Shown in pieces: positions 33,956 to 46,355 of a stretch of DNA of 64,000 bases. Under the pieces are notes generated by a model. That model did no database searches, was not told where the DNA came from, and saw only the letters and a list, made by a program, of their open reading frames with translations. Position 1 is the stretch's first letter. Every line of letters begins with the position of its first letter. Origin of the DNA: Alloascoidea hylecoeti (lineage: Eukaryota); contig BCKZ01000004.1 of assembly GCA_001600815.1 (NCBI GenBank), positions 1,019,566 through 1,083,565 on the forward strand, read 5' to 3'. A program made the position numbers and the translations under genes.

Positions 33956-35104
33956 ATGTCTGACTCGGAATCAATGTCTCCTTCTGCCTCTCCCGAACCC
34001 TCTTCGTCTCCCTCCCCCTCCTCAATCACCGTCACCGTGGGCTCGGGCCCTAATAAGCGGAAACAAACCATCTCCCTGCCCCTTCCCCCTGGCTCCCTGC
34101 CTCCTCGCAAAAGGGCTAAGACTAAAGATGAAAAGGAACAGAGGCGCATTGAGAGAATCATGAGAAACAGACAGGCTGCCCATGCGTCGCGCGAGAAAAA
34201 GAGAAAACATGTTGAGAATCTTGAAAAGAAATGTGTTGATATGGAAAATGAAAATTTACATTTAAATGAACAATTAAAACAAACAAAACAAAAGCAAAGA
34301 GAATTGCTAGGTCAGCATTGGGTCATGATGGAACAAATTAAAACTTTAACGGGAATCATACAACAAACAACTGGTATAAATGTTCCAAACTTGGATTTCA
34401 CAACATCATGTATTTCCATTTCCAAAGATGATAAGAAATTAGAAAATTTGGAAATTTTGAAAAATCCCTTAGTTATTTCTACTTCTGAAATCATCAAAAT
34501 TAAAAATAAACGATTTGATGAAGAATGTTTATTAAGTCCAAAATCCTTACATTCTTCAAATTCTTCATCTGAATCTTCACCCCTGTTATCTGCTTTAGAT
34601 ATTCCATTACCTTTAAATTTCAACTATAAAAATGTTAATGATACAATGAAAGATTCAACTGATTCTCCAATTATTACAAATCCAAGTATAAATACAAGTG
34701 ATTTAGACTTAAATATAATAACAACAAATAATAATAATGATAATAATGATAATGAAATTGATGAATTACCAATTGATAATGATAATGATAATGAAATTAT
34801 TAATCATCATCATCATCAAGTTAAACAAACGCATTATCCAGCAGTGATAATGTTTACCAATCCGCAGCGTTGGTTAACGATGATGATGATAATTCTATAT
34901 TTTCAAATCAATCATCAAATAATAATTCTTTATCTTTGGATTATAATTCCTTATCAATTAAACAAGAACAAGAAGATGATTTATTTCAATCAATATCAAT
35001 TAATGAAGATGATGAATTATCATCAAAATTATTTAAATTTATTAATGATAAAGATTTAAATTTAAATTTAAATTTAAATTTAGAAATGATTAATACAACT
35101 AATG

Positions 35105-35177
<73 letters not shown>

Positions 35178-35310
35178 TAATAACAATAATAATAATAATA
35201 TGAATAATATGAATAATAATAATAAAGTTATTAAAAATGAGGAAAATGATTTAAATTTTCATTTTAATGAAGATTTTTTATTATTAGGTACAAATGATAT
35301 AATGGTTTGA
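33956..35310 (+). CDS. HAC1: UPR bZIP factor Hac1; induced form joins 33956-34841 and 34865-35310; unspliced form stops at 35059
   Basis: LPPRKRAKTKDEKEQRRIERIMRNRQAAHASREKKR bZIP; removal of the 23-nt intron shifts into the acidic/Asn-rich frame 34870-35310. Confidence 0.95.
34842..34864 (+). other. Ire1-cleaved unconventional 23-nt intron
   Basis: Twin hairpins CATTATC-CAG|CAGT-GATAATG and ACCAAT-CCG|CAGC-GTTGGT with 7-nt CNG|CNGN loops. Confidence 0.93.
35101..35223. repeat. (AAT)n microsatellite, poly-Asn in spliced Hac1
   Basis: Long AAT run with a few AAC/GAT/ATG interruptions. Confidence 0.95.
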
Positions 35311-35462
35311 AAAAAAAAAAAAAAAAATTGATCTTTTAATAACATTACATTACATTACATGAATGAAGAAGTGTTATTTTAAAATGATGAAATTTCTTTT
35401 CTCTCTTTAATTAGATGATGAAAATTAATTTGATATTTCAAATTCAATACTGTTGCTCACTG

Positions 35463-35508
35463 ATTAATTAATTTCAAGGCGCGTTCTTTTTACTGCGACT
35501 GGTTAATA
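35463..35508 (+). promoter_or_regulatory. HAC1 3'-UTR bipartite element (3'BE)-like motif
   Basis: GGCGCG (35478-35483) and GCGAC (35495-35499) in an otherwise AT-rich UTR; flanks ATTAATTA and TGGTTAAT can pair with G:U. Confidence 0.7.
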
Positions 35509-35706
35509 AATGTTGAAGCATGATTGAAGATTGAATATTAAAGGTTTGGATTGATCTTTTTTTTTTTTTTTTTTAACCGTTTTATTGTTAAAACATATAA
35601 TATTCATTTTTGTTTTTTCTACAATTTTAAAATTTATATTTTATCATTATCATATATTATATTATTATAATATTTATTTCTTTATCATTAAAAAAAATTT
35701 ATCTTT

Positions 35707-35750
<44 letters not shown>

Positions 35751-35806
35751 TGTTGATTTTGATTTTTTTTTTGTCCTCCGGTTATTAGAAATTTTATAAA
35801 AAAATT

Positions 35807-35909
35807 NNNNNNNNNNNNNNNNNNNNNNNNNNNNNNNNNNNNNNNNNNNNNNNNNNNNNNNNNNNNNNNNNNNNNNNNNNNNNNNNNNNNNNNNNNNNNN
35901 NNNNNNNNN
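35807..35909. other. Assembly gap with overlapping duplicated flanks
   Basis: N run; ATTATCATATATTATATTATT...GTCCTCCGGTTATTAGAAATTTTAT occurs on both sides and differs mainly in homopolymers. Confidence 0.9.
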
Positions 35910-38900
35910 ATTATCATATATTATATTATTATAATATTTATTTTTTTTTTTTTTTTAATTTTTTTTTTTTTTTTTTTTTTTTTATATTATACTTGTTGAT
36001 TTTGATTTTGATTTTGTCCTCCGGTTATTAGAAATTTTATAAAAAAATTGAAAGATTAAATTTGTTATTTTTTTGGGGAAGGTGAAAAGAGTTTTGAATT
36101 TTATATATTTTATATACCATATTTCATATTTCTTATATCTATCTATATATTTATTTGTTTATGTTTTTACTTTTCTTACTTTATTTGTTTTTGCTTTTTG
36201 TTTGTTTAAATTTATTTATATATGGGATTTATCAAAACAAAAAAAAAAAAACAAAAAAAAGAATAGCTTTACTTATTTTATTTCATTTTTAAATTTTGAT
36301 TATATTAAAGAAGGATTTTGTTTATATTTTCTTGTCCTTTTTTTGAATTATTATTCAATTGTATAAATAAATCTATCTGCATATGAAGAAAAAAAAACGA
36401 TATATATATATATATTTTTATCATAATTATTCAATAATGTTTGTATATAAAAAACTAGAAATTATAATAATAAAATGCATTTAAATTCAGATATGCATAA
36501 AACAAACCATTTTTTTTTTTTTCATCATATATTAATCTAGGACCGAGATGGGCTTAAAACAAAACCGAAACAAAAAAAAAAAAGGAGTACATGTAAAAAA
36601 AATATAATATCAGAAACATATTTATGTTTGAATTTTACATCAATCATGAATTATTTGAAATTTCAATTAATGAATTTTCTATTTCAATTGAAATTGTAAA
36701 ATTTGATTTTCTTAAAAAATGTGTAAAATATGTAGTTTCCATGATTGGTAGTTTTCTCCATTCACATTCACATTCACATTCACAATCTCAAATTAAAAAA
36801 AAAAAAAAAAACTTAATACATTATCAAAGATAACAAAAGTGGGTAATTTAATGTTAAGAAATTTCAGATTTGACAAGCTAATCGCGTTAAAAGACTTACT
36901 TCAAAGTTCAAAACTCGTGTGTAGATGGAACTTTGTTTTGGTTTGGTTTGGTTTGAAACTCCGCGATATTCTTAACACTAAATTTTAAAGGTAAGATGGT
37001 ATTTCTAATAGTAGAATATGCTTGTATTGTAATAGGCAAATAGATTATTTAAAAGCAGTTCCAGAATGACATAAAACTGCCCGTTGATACCCTAATAAGG
37101 CGGACCCAAATACCACACACAACCACCTCCAAACACGCTCACATTTTATACTTTATATAAAATTCCATTTTTTATCTTACTTTAATCAATCAAATTCCTT
37201 CTTTGTGCTTTGTCTTTTGTTTTTGAGTGAAATTTGAAACTTAAAGCCATTATATAAAATCAAATCAAAGTTTTGAAGAAAAAGTCAAACGTTAAAGGTT
37301 AAAATATTCCTTGCAATTTGACAGAGGAAAATACAGAATATCACGTGAGAGAGAAACTTCCATTTATTTTTGATACATTTTTACGAGGTCAAGTGGAACA
37401 TTTGTTATAATAATTATAATTATAATATATATATTATGTAAGAGATTTTATAAGAGACGTAACTGTCAAATTTAAAAAAAGTCTTTAATTTAATTTAATT
37501 AATTATTGTCGGTCGGGGATGTGGCCGACTTTCCTCATCTTTCTTGCATGTTTATTATGTGATTTTGCATTGAATTTTATGATCATATAAAATTCATAAT
37601 CAGGAGATTTAACAATTACTCTCTTTCAATTGATTTTATTCGTCCTTTAAATTTAAGAAATTTCATGATCATGATATTTAATACCTATATTTTCTGTTTT
37701 AAAAAATCTTAGGGTTGCAATTGCAATTTCTAATGAAGATCCGGAGTTTTTGTTTTTGTGAAATATTAAGGGGGAACATTTTAATTCATGCATATTCCGC
37801 CGCCCTGTGAACAAAAAACCCAATCATGAATATTAATTGTGGTTGTAACTTTATATAATACCAAAGATGTCAGGCTGATGATATCACGCTGAAAAAAATC
37901 ATGAAAAATCGATTATAATTTGATAATTGACTTTTGAAATTATGATGATTGAATATACAATTTTTCATGTGGGATGAGTTTTATAAAAAAAAGTCTGGGG
38001 TTAACCAGGTGCTCTGCCATGTGGGCACGGATTTATTTTACTTTTTAATTAGTGTAGCATTTATGGCATATACCCGATCTTCCTTTTTTTCTTTTTTTTT
38101 TTTTTAATTTTATACCTTCAATTCATAAATCTATGATAAAAAAAAATACAAAATTAATTGAGAAATGTAATTTAAAAAATATTAATGAAAACTCGTACAT
38201 CAGTTACCATTAAATTTATAAAAATTGATCATGAAAAGATTCCTTAAATTCTTAATCAAGTTTATTTTTCTTCTATTTTCAATTATGTCAACGTTTTATG
38301 TTCTATATTAATTTAAGTTTTAAGGTTAATTTTCGTATTGTTAATTGTATAGTACTATTAATAAGCAGATACGTTTATCTTATGAATCTTTGGTTATCTT
38401 CTCTACCTTCCATCCATATGGCTCTATGCATATGAAAATAATGGAATATTAATGGAGATTTTTTAGAACCTAGATCTATAAGGACACACATGTTCTGATC
38501 ACCAAGCTTAAATTAAACAGCGGTTTAATCAATTAAAAAGAATTGATATTTAATTTTATTATTTCTATTGAAATATAATTATACATGTTTATTAAATTAC
38601 ACTATTTGTAAATGTACGGCGTACAACTGTAATTGTATTTGATCACTGAAAAAAAAAAAAAAAAAAAAAAAACAGCTAGATTTCATTCAACAAACACGAT
38701 CGTGAAATCAAAATTTCATCTCATACCTAGCTATATAAATTGGACTAGCGCTGTCACACAATATTTATGCATATCTCTATATTACCTTAAATTAAATTCC
38801 ATATGATACATCGATCGCGATTTATGAAATTACTGCCCGATTATGTATGCCCATCAATTATAACTTATATAATGCTTCACAATTAATATCAGTCAATTGC

Positions 38901-40781
38901 TTGTGTTGGAATTTCCCTGGCTACAAAAGAATTAATATATCTCTGTTATAATTATCAATAATTAGTACTAGTAGTTACAAGCTATAAGATTGGTATTAGT
39001 AAAACTTTATCTGAAAAGTTTACATCAAGGAAAAATTGGCGTATATTATTTAACAATGGAAAATTAGAGTTGTATATTAAGGTTGCTATATCGTGCAAGT
39101 TCTTAGAAGTTGGAGCAATTACAAGCAGGTACCGGTTGCTACAAATATTAGAAATAGTATTTAGATTATATATAAAGAGTAAATTATCCTATCTAAATGG
39201 GATGGATATCAAGAAAGATTATTAGAATTGTGTAAATTTTACAATTTGTGTGTGTCTTATTATTATTTTGTTATAATTAACATTAAGTATTTACAACGTA
39301 TTACGTATTGATCTATTATCTAGAATACATCATCGTGTACAATTACGAATTTAGAATATATAAAATTTATACCAAATGTGGAAGCTGTATTTAAACTGTA
39401 CAAACTTACAGTACATTTACAAGATGGAATTCCTCTTTTTACTTAAAGAATATAATCGTTTAGATTCATACCACAAACAATCTAAATATCGACATCTATC
39501 AGATATGTATGTCAAATTTAAAGATTGCATATATGTGGGCTTTTACAAAAACAATCATTTCGCAACAAAATACATTAACTTTTTAAGTCAGTTATACAGA
39601 AATTGTTTTGAATGTTGGACCATAACTGCAAATTTTATATGCGCGGCCGGGCAAAGAATAAGCTTAAGCTTATTTTTTTTCGGGTCATCACTATAAATAA
39701 ACAGGTCCAGAATACAACCATCCATCGAGGACCTCTAAAAAACTTCTTAAAATGGTGTTTCCGTAAGTTCTACAGATTCTACTGGTCTATATAAAATGAT
39801 ATCTTAGGTTTAATATTAGTGTTAGCGCCCTTAACGTCATAAACGGCATTCTAAATCCTAGTCTATACCATCAGATTTACAGACCCAGAATTTCATATAT
39901 TCATTTGGTTCTTCTCAGAAATGGTCTTTACAAGCAAAAAGATTCAATATCCATGCTTTTTAGAATGGTTCTTAGGGTGGGGTCTTTGCTTGAAAAAAAA
40001 GCATAAGTTTAATCTTGGACCTGGCAGTATATAAGATCTTATAGTGTGTGAATGCGTAAACCTTCTGATAAACTTCTCATCGAAACCTTAATAATATTTT
40101 ACTATTTCGAAATATTTTACACGAAAACATATTATACCTATACTAAAGATACCTTTGTAATGAATCCAAATGCACAAACCCATTGGCACTGTAGATTAAC
40201 ATATTTGGCTGTTACGGAGAAGCATTCAGGGAAGGACTAAATGAGAAGTGTATAACCGGTAGCAATATATACCTTTTACTCAGGCTCTTGAAGTGGTATT
40301 TTTCAATAGAACAATACTCCAATCCATAAATCAAAAATATTGGTTGCTGTTGCAAAAGGATATGTTGTTGACAACTGGGATTGTATCTAGTGATACTTAG
40401 ATAGGTTAGGAGATGTTATCATATATTTTTTAATAATATTATATAAGAATGAACATATATTGTTAAAGTTACGCATGTTAACTTACTTCCCTTAAATTTT
40501 CGTTGAAGATACGGATGCCCACTCACAAATCATTCTTGCGTATATGTTTGATCAGAGCAATTATACCTTTTTTTTATTACCTATTGGATCGTGAGCGGAA
40601 CTACTAGCTAGATAGGTCGAACCCTGGACCCGATACCGATCAGAAAAAAATATTTATCTATATTGAGCTTAGCAATTACTTCAACTAAAAATTTTGTTTT
40701 ATTTTATAATTGTATTTAAAAGTTTTCTATATTGCTATTTTCAGTTAAGAGTTTCTACATTTCTTTTGTGAATATGAAATT

Positions 40782-40864
40782 GGTAATCTGGCCGAGTTGG
40801 TCTAAGGCGTCAGGTTAAGGTCCTGATCTCTTCGGAGGCTAGGGTTCGAATCCCTAGGTTATCA
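40782..40864 (+). tRNA. tRNA-Leu(AAG), intronless
   Basis: GGTAATC/GGTTATC acceptor stem, TGGCCGAGTTGG A-box, TCAGG-TTAAGGT-CCTGA anticodon arm, long variable arm CTCTTCGGAG, GGTTCGAATCC B-box, downstream T-tract. Confidence 0.96.
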
Positions 40865-41861
40865 TTATATTTTTTATCATTTTTTTGGATGAGCGCTCCA
40901 CAGCTCGACCCTCCGTAGATCAGCTGTGGTTAAAATTTATTCTCTCGTACCATTCTCAAATTGTTACCTACAATATCCGATTCGATTCTCATTAGTGCAT
41001 TATATATACCTTCCTCACGTTCCGTATAATGACAAATAAATTTGAATACTTTGTCCGTATAAATAGGGTTTTAATGGGTATAATACTGTAATTGATTGAG
41101 AGAATCTTGAGCTCATAAATAACTGAATTGCCCCTGGAACACTAAAATTTATTTTGATTATATTTGATTGCTTAATTAATGTCATCACAACTCCAGGAAT
41201 AATCATATATTCATGCATATACATATGCATTTTCTCACACTCTTCCCACCTATTAATAACGCTATTAAAGAAAATAATCAGTGATAAGTCTGGGAGTTAA
41301 TTGGCGTTGTTTCCGTAAATTGATTAGCCTTCACTTTGAAAATTAGTTAAAAAAATTCAGATATAATAAATAATTGGTGATCTTTATAATTATTCTTTTC
41401 TTAGAGGATTTTGGTACTAATTAACCATATGTAGTCACAAGTTGGCGTTATATTCGAAATTTATTTAAATAATACGATGGTAATTAATTAGCGCTATGTT
41501 ATCAAATTACTTAGGTGATCGGTTTGGATTAATATACCAGTATAACTTATATAGTTAGTCACTTTTTCGAAATTTAACTAGTGCTGTATGCGAAATATAA
41601 GGTTACTTATATGTGCTTTTTTGGATCACAATTTATAAACATAAAATCCTGATTTAAAGCACCAATTCATAGGGGAATTATTACTAAATATAATAAAAAT
41701 CAACTTCACTAAATTGTCTAAATATCACTGGAGACAATTTTATTGGTCGATATTGATATTCCTTCTCTTTTCAGTTACAACCCGTTTTAATCGCTTTCCC
41801 ATGAATCCTCTAAAAGGCGATGAAGAACATTAACATTACCTTTCAATATAATCTCGGAAGC

Positions 41862-42910
41862 CTAGAATTTCTTTAAAGCAATTTTATTTTCTATTTTTTC
41901 CTTTCTGTCTTCAAAAGGATTAGATAGACTTAAGTTTTCTTCATTTGAAATAAAAGTCCAATCACCTTTCTTTAATTCTTCAGAAGCAAATTTTAATAAA
42001 ACTTTTCTTCTATTCTCAACATATTTTGAAGCATCAAGCATATTAATCTTCAAAGCTTTCAATTCATTAACTAGTTTCAAAAGCATCTCAGCCAAATTAT
42101 CAACAGCTCTTTCTAAATCTACTTTATTAAATAGCTGTTAAGTTTTTATTCCTTGCCAAATAAAATGCAAAAGTATAGGGCAATTTTAATGTTTGCCTAC
42201 ATTTCGTTAAAATATCCATTGATTGCTGTAAAAATTGTACATTGACCCATGGCATACCATCATCTAAACACATTTTCATTTTCTGTCGTATATATTTCAG
42301 TAGTTTCATATGGATTTTACTAGTTCTTTTCTCTGCTTCATTGATATTACCTTCAACAGTATAAAAATTATTACATTTGTATTCATTCTGTCGACTTCCA
42401 TGAGAATGCCAAGGAGCAAAACAAAGCCAACAAAATTGATGACAACAGGATTGACATGTCATAATATTTCAACCCCCATTTTTCTCTAGCTAGCATTTAT
42501 AGGCAGAGGAAAGTATAAGTTTCTATTCTTTTTCTTTGCCATACCTTTAAATATGTATTTAATTTATAAGTTTCAGACGTGTGTATTATTACACCAGGTA
42601 CTCCTCTTTTGATATAATCTTTACCCTAAACATTTTTCAGATCAGGTATTTAATTAATATAGATTTTAATTAGATTCTGTGCAAAACAAATTATAAACTT
42701 AATTTATCACCAAACTATAAAAACTTGATATCATACACAATATCCTTAACAAAAATTCTATTGCGATACTATTGTTCCAGAAATTTGGATCAACTGTCAT
42801 TCCCATTTCAAAATTAGGATACATAATTTTTATCAAAGATAAAGGATATCTAATTTAGGAGTTTCAACTATGGCTTTACAACTGCACTCATAACTGTAAT
42901 TGCCATGATG
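41862..42910 (-). pseudogene. Ariadne/Hel1-family RBR E3 ligase pseudogene
   Basis: EKNGG*NIMTCQSCCHQFCWLC (RING2), LTKCRQTLKLPYTFAFYL, DLERAVDNLAEML, YVENRRKVLL (Ariadne domain), broken by stops and frameshifts. Upstream limit approximate. Confidence 0.75.
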
Positions 42911-42932
42911 ATGATTATTATCTTTATATGCA

Positions 42933-44503
42933 TTAGTATTTCTTCCATGAAGTGAAATATCTTGAAGTTTCAACGTTAATTCTTAATTGCTGATCATTAT
43001 CAATGTCGTTATCAAGCATATTTAAGAAGTTTATCTTGGAAACACATAACAGTTGAAAATCATCAATACGACAAGCATTAAAAAATTCGTCATCTGAAAT
43101 TTTCCAATTATAATGGATTTTGAACAAATTTGAACTAATCATGATACTCTGGGGAATAAGGAGATTGTTATTCATTTGGTATTGCTTTTTTAAACCAGGA
43201 TATTTGATCTTGCCTCTTTAATCAGGGCATTCGAAATGTTCGTATCCTATGTTCAAACACCTTTGGGTCGTAGCTGATTTTATATTTACCTGAGTATTCA
43301 CCATTAGGAGTTTTGAATACTCATCAATAGTAAATGTCCACAGTTTAAACTTCCCGGAACATGAGATGAATGCACCCTGACTAGTATTAAAGTATAAAAA
43401 TCGGATATTTGGATTTTTAAAGCTGCAATTGATAAAGTCTCAAAAATAAGTAGATCTGGATTCTCGTTAATGTTGCCTCACAATTGGATTTTAGCTTGCT
43501 ATACCATTGAGGATTGTAATTGATAATGTTCATGAACTTTAACATTACTGGTTTTTTTATAGCATTTCATGACTATAGGTCTCTATTTTCCAGTATGATC
43601 CTCGAAACATTGATTGAGATTAAATACTTTCCAGAAGTGATTATCATTAAGTTTTAGGTATCTCTCAAATGTTAATACTGCGTTTGATTCTGCGAACTCC
43701 CATTGCTTTTCTTTCTCTGCTTTTAAATAATATAGGCAACCAACTTTTCATAATGATTCTTAGGTTGATTTAAATATAACTGTTCAGAAAAATTGACAGG
43801 CGATATCCAATGGCTAGTTCGAGAACTAACTTTAACTTCAATAGGGATAACATTTTCCCAATTGAATTGATTTAATGGTTTATTAATTATTGCTAAAGTT
43901 TGTGGGTATTCTGTACATAATTTATTGACCAGTGTTTTCGATTTTAAAACTGGTTTTGTGTATTGCTGAAAATATGTAGATCTATTTGACAAATTTTTGC
44001 AAACGATGAACTCAATGAAATTATATCATCATCGGGATGACGATCATGTTCGATAATAGTTGTGTCAATAACGTATTTTTTTTCGACTGAAGATGGTTTT
44101 AAAAGTCCAACAAGCGAAAAGTCTAGAAGATATAAATCAATATATTCCTCTTTAGTTAGTAGAGTAAAATAGTTTACTTGACTATATTCATACAAAGTGA
44201 AAGCTTCCTTGCTATTTTCGATTATTTTGACGTTTGGTTCTTCGAGTGGAATGCAATTAAACAGATTCAGAGTTTTAACAGGTTCATTGATCAAGCTCTG
44301 GATCATTTTGTTTTGTTTGTATTTTAATGATTTGATGCTCTTTCTTTAATTCCCTTTCGTGAGTGAATCCATTATAACAGCTGCATATTGTAATAGGTGA
44401 GGAACAATCCATTCCTGGTATAAGCTGAGGGCTTTGACCGGAGAAAGATGCTCTTCGATGAGAATAATGATATTATCTCGAGGAATGTCTACCAAATTCA
44501 TAA
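42933..44503 (-). pseudogene. Fragmented coding relic with F-box-like N-terminus
   Basis: Four co-oriented ORF pieces with protein-like composition; begins MNLVDIPRDNIIILIEEHLSPVKALSL. Confidence 0.4.
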
Positions 44504-44912
44504 TGACAAAGTAAAGAAAATGGTGCTTCGATCGCGAGTTCAAATTAATATATTCGTGCCGTAGTCCCAGTCAGATACACTGTTACAAGAGATATCGATA
44601 CATATTTACATACCGTTACGTACACACTAGTGATACCATGATATTTTAAATTCCGGAGATTTCTGATTTTGTGTGAAATTTATATAATTATAAATTTATC
44701 TTTTAAATTTGGGGTACCATGCATATGCAATTTTATTTAACATCATAATAATAAAAGTGATTCTTTTTACTCTTAACTACTAATAATATATTGCCCAGCA
44801 GAATAAATATAGTAGTACTTTATGCTTTCTAGTATTAATTACTCGATAGACTATTAATCACTGGGATCCTCTATGAGATGAATTTTTATCAGTGGCTCTG
44901 TTTCTTCCATTC

Positions 44913-46355
44913 TTAATTTTGAGGTGAACTAGAACGATTATTAGTTGCTGATTCTTGTGAAGAGAATGGTTTTATTACCGGGACGGGAAGCTTTCTATAT
45001 TTAGTCACAGCCCCACCAGGATTGATTATAGCTGTGAAAAATGAATAAAACTCTGCCATTATATTAACAACTTCAATTATATCAAGAAGCTGTACATTAT
45101 ACTGTTTCCACCATCTATCTGGCAATCTTACTTCTCCGATATAGGCAGCATAATAAATAGCAGCAACAGCTAAGGTGGTGAAATTATGGGTTAAGCATAA
45201 TGTCGTCCTAGTTGATTCATCAACAAATATCCAAGCTACATTTAGCTTTTTCAAGTCATCGACAGAAGGATTTAAATCACGACTTATATCAGTTAACATT
45301 TCATATGGGCTATCAATCTCAAGATCAAAGCATAACGCTTCGAGTAATTTAATTTCATGATTTAAAATAAGATCCCTCCATTTCCAAAACTCTTTGGTTT
45401 GCTCGTCTATTTGAAGTTGAGGATTTTTAGAGGCTATCTTTGCTGATATTCTAATCAAATCACGAAGTTTTCTATGCGATTCTTCAACCTTTGTAGCTAA
45501 AAATACAGCTGTAGCAGCTAATTCATATTGATGAACAGTTTTAAAACTATTTCTCATATAGAATCGATGGAAGAAAACCGAAGCAGTTAAAATCGACATT
45601 CTAGGTAATTTAATTCCGGTACATATTGCTATGATAAAATTTATTCCTTTCACTCTTATTGCTTTCTCATACTTCCCCGACAAGAACCCATCTTTAATAG
45701 ATGGGGTATTTAATTGGACATCACTTGATCGAAATAACCAATTAATATGAGGTACGTCAATCACCGCAGGCCAGAGATCATTGCGATTTAATCGTCTTGT
45801 ATGTGAACTACTTCGTGATTTATCATCCCAATTATGGGAAGGAGATTGATTTGTTTGTGTATTTGATATCATATCTCCATTTTGTTCTTGTGTGTATGAT
45901 GGTGGAGGAGGGGGATTGTATTCGTCCAATGGTAGAGGTGGTTGTGTTACAACTTGTGGATATGATTCTGAGGTGTTGAGAATATCGGTTTTCTGATCTA
46001 TGACATTCTTGTTAAGGGAATTTGGTGTTAAGTTATCTGTTACTTTTATTTCAGTGGACCTTTCTTTGTTGAATGTTTTATCTTCGCCTTCGTCTTCTTC
46101 CATCATAATCGTGTCATTGGTAATGTTGTTTTCTAGAGTCTCATCATTATTATCATTAATCAGCTTTTCAGGTTGAGTTTCCGATTCTCCATTGATGATC
46201 CCATTTTTTTGTTCTGGTATTGATTGTTTCTCATTTGCAGTATTAACCAGATGCTGAGTTTCGATTTCTGTTTCCCGATTAACTGTTAGACCATTGCTAA
46301 AATTAATATCACTTAGGTGTGAGTTATGTTGAATTTCCCGAGAATTAATGGCCAT
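44913..46355 (-). CDS. Transcriptional cyclin T/K family (Bur2/Pch1-like)
   Basis: TPSIKDG, TASVFFHRFYMR, LATKVEES, KWRDLILNHEIKLLEALCFDL. Confidence 0.88.
   Translation of the reverse strand: MAINSREIQHNSHLSDINFSNGLTVNRETEIETQHLVNTANEKQSIPEQKNGIINGESETQPEKLINDNNDETLENNITNDTIMMEEDEGEDKTFNKERSTEIKVTDNLTPNSLNKNVIDQKTDILNTSESYPQVVTQPPLPLDEYNPPPPPSYTQEQNGDMISNTQTNQSPSHNWDDKSRSSSHTRRLNRNDLWPAVIDVPHINWLFRSSDVQLNTPSIKDGFLSGKYEKAIRVKGINFIIAICTGIKLPRMSILTASVFFHRFYMRNSFKTVHQYELAATAVFLATKVEESHRKLRDLIRISAKIASKNPQLQIDEQTKEFWKWRDLILNHEIKLLEALCFDLEIDSPYEMLTDISRDLNPSVDDLKKLNVAWIFVDESTRTTLCLTHNFTTLAVAAIYYAAYIGEVRLPDRWWKQYNVQLLDIIEVVNIMAEFYSFFTAIINPGGAVTKYRKLPVPVIKPFSSQESATNNRSSSPQN

Noticed and set aside
35643..36048. 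Tandem duplication downstream of HAC1
   Set aside because: The copies flank an N gap and differ mainly in homopolymer length, typical of unmerged contig ends.
36073..40240. Short ORFs in the AT-rich region after HAC1
   Set aside because: Low-complexity F/I/K/L translations of homopolymeric DNA with no coding signal.
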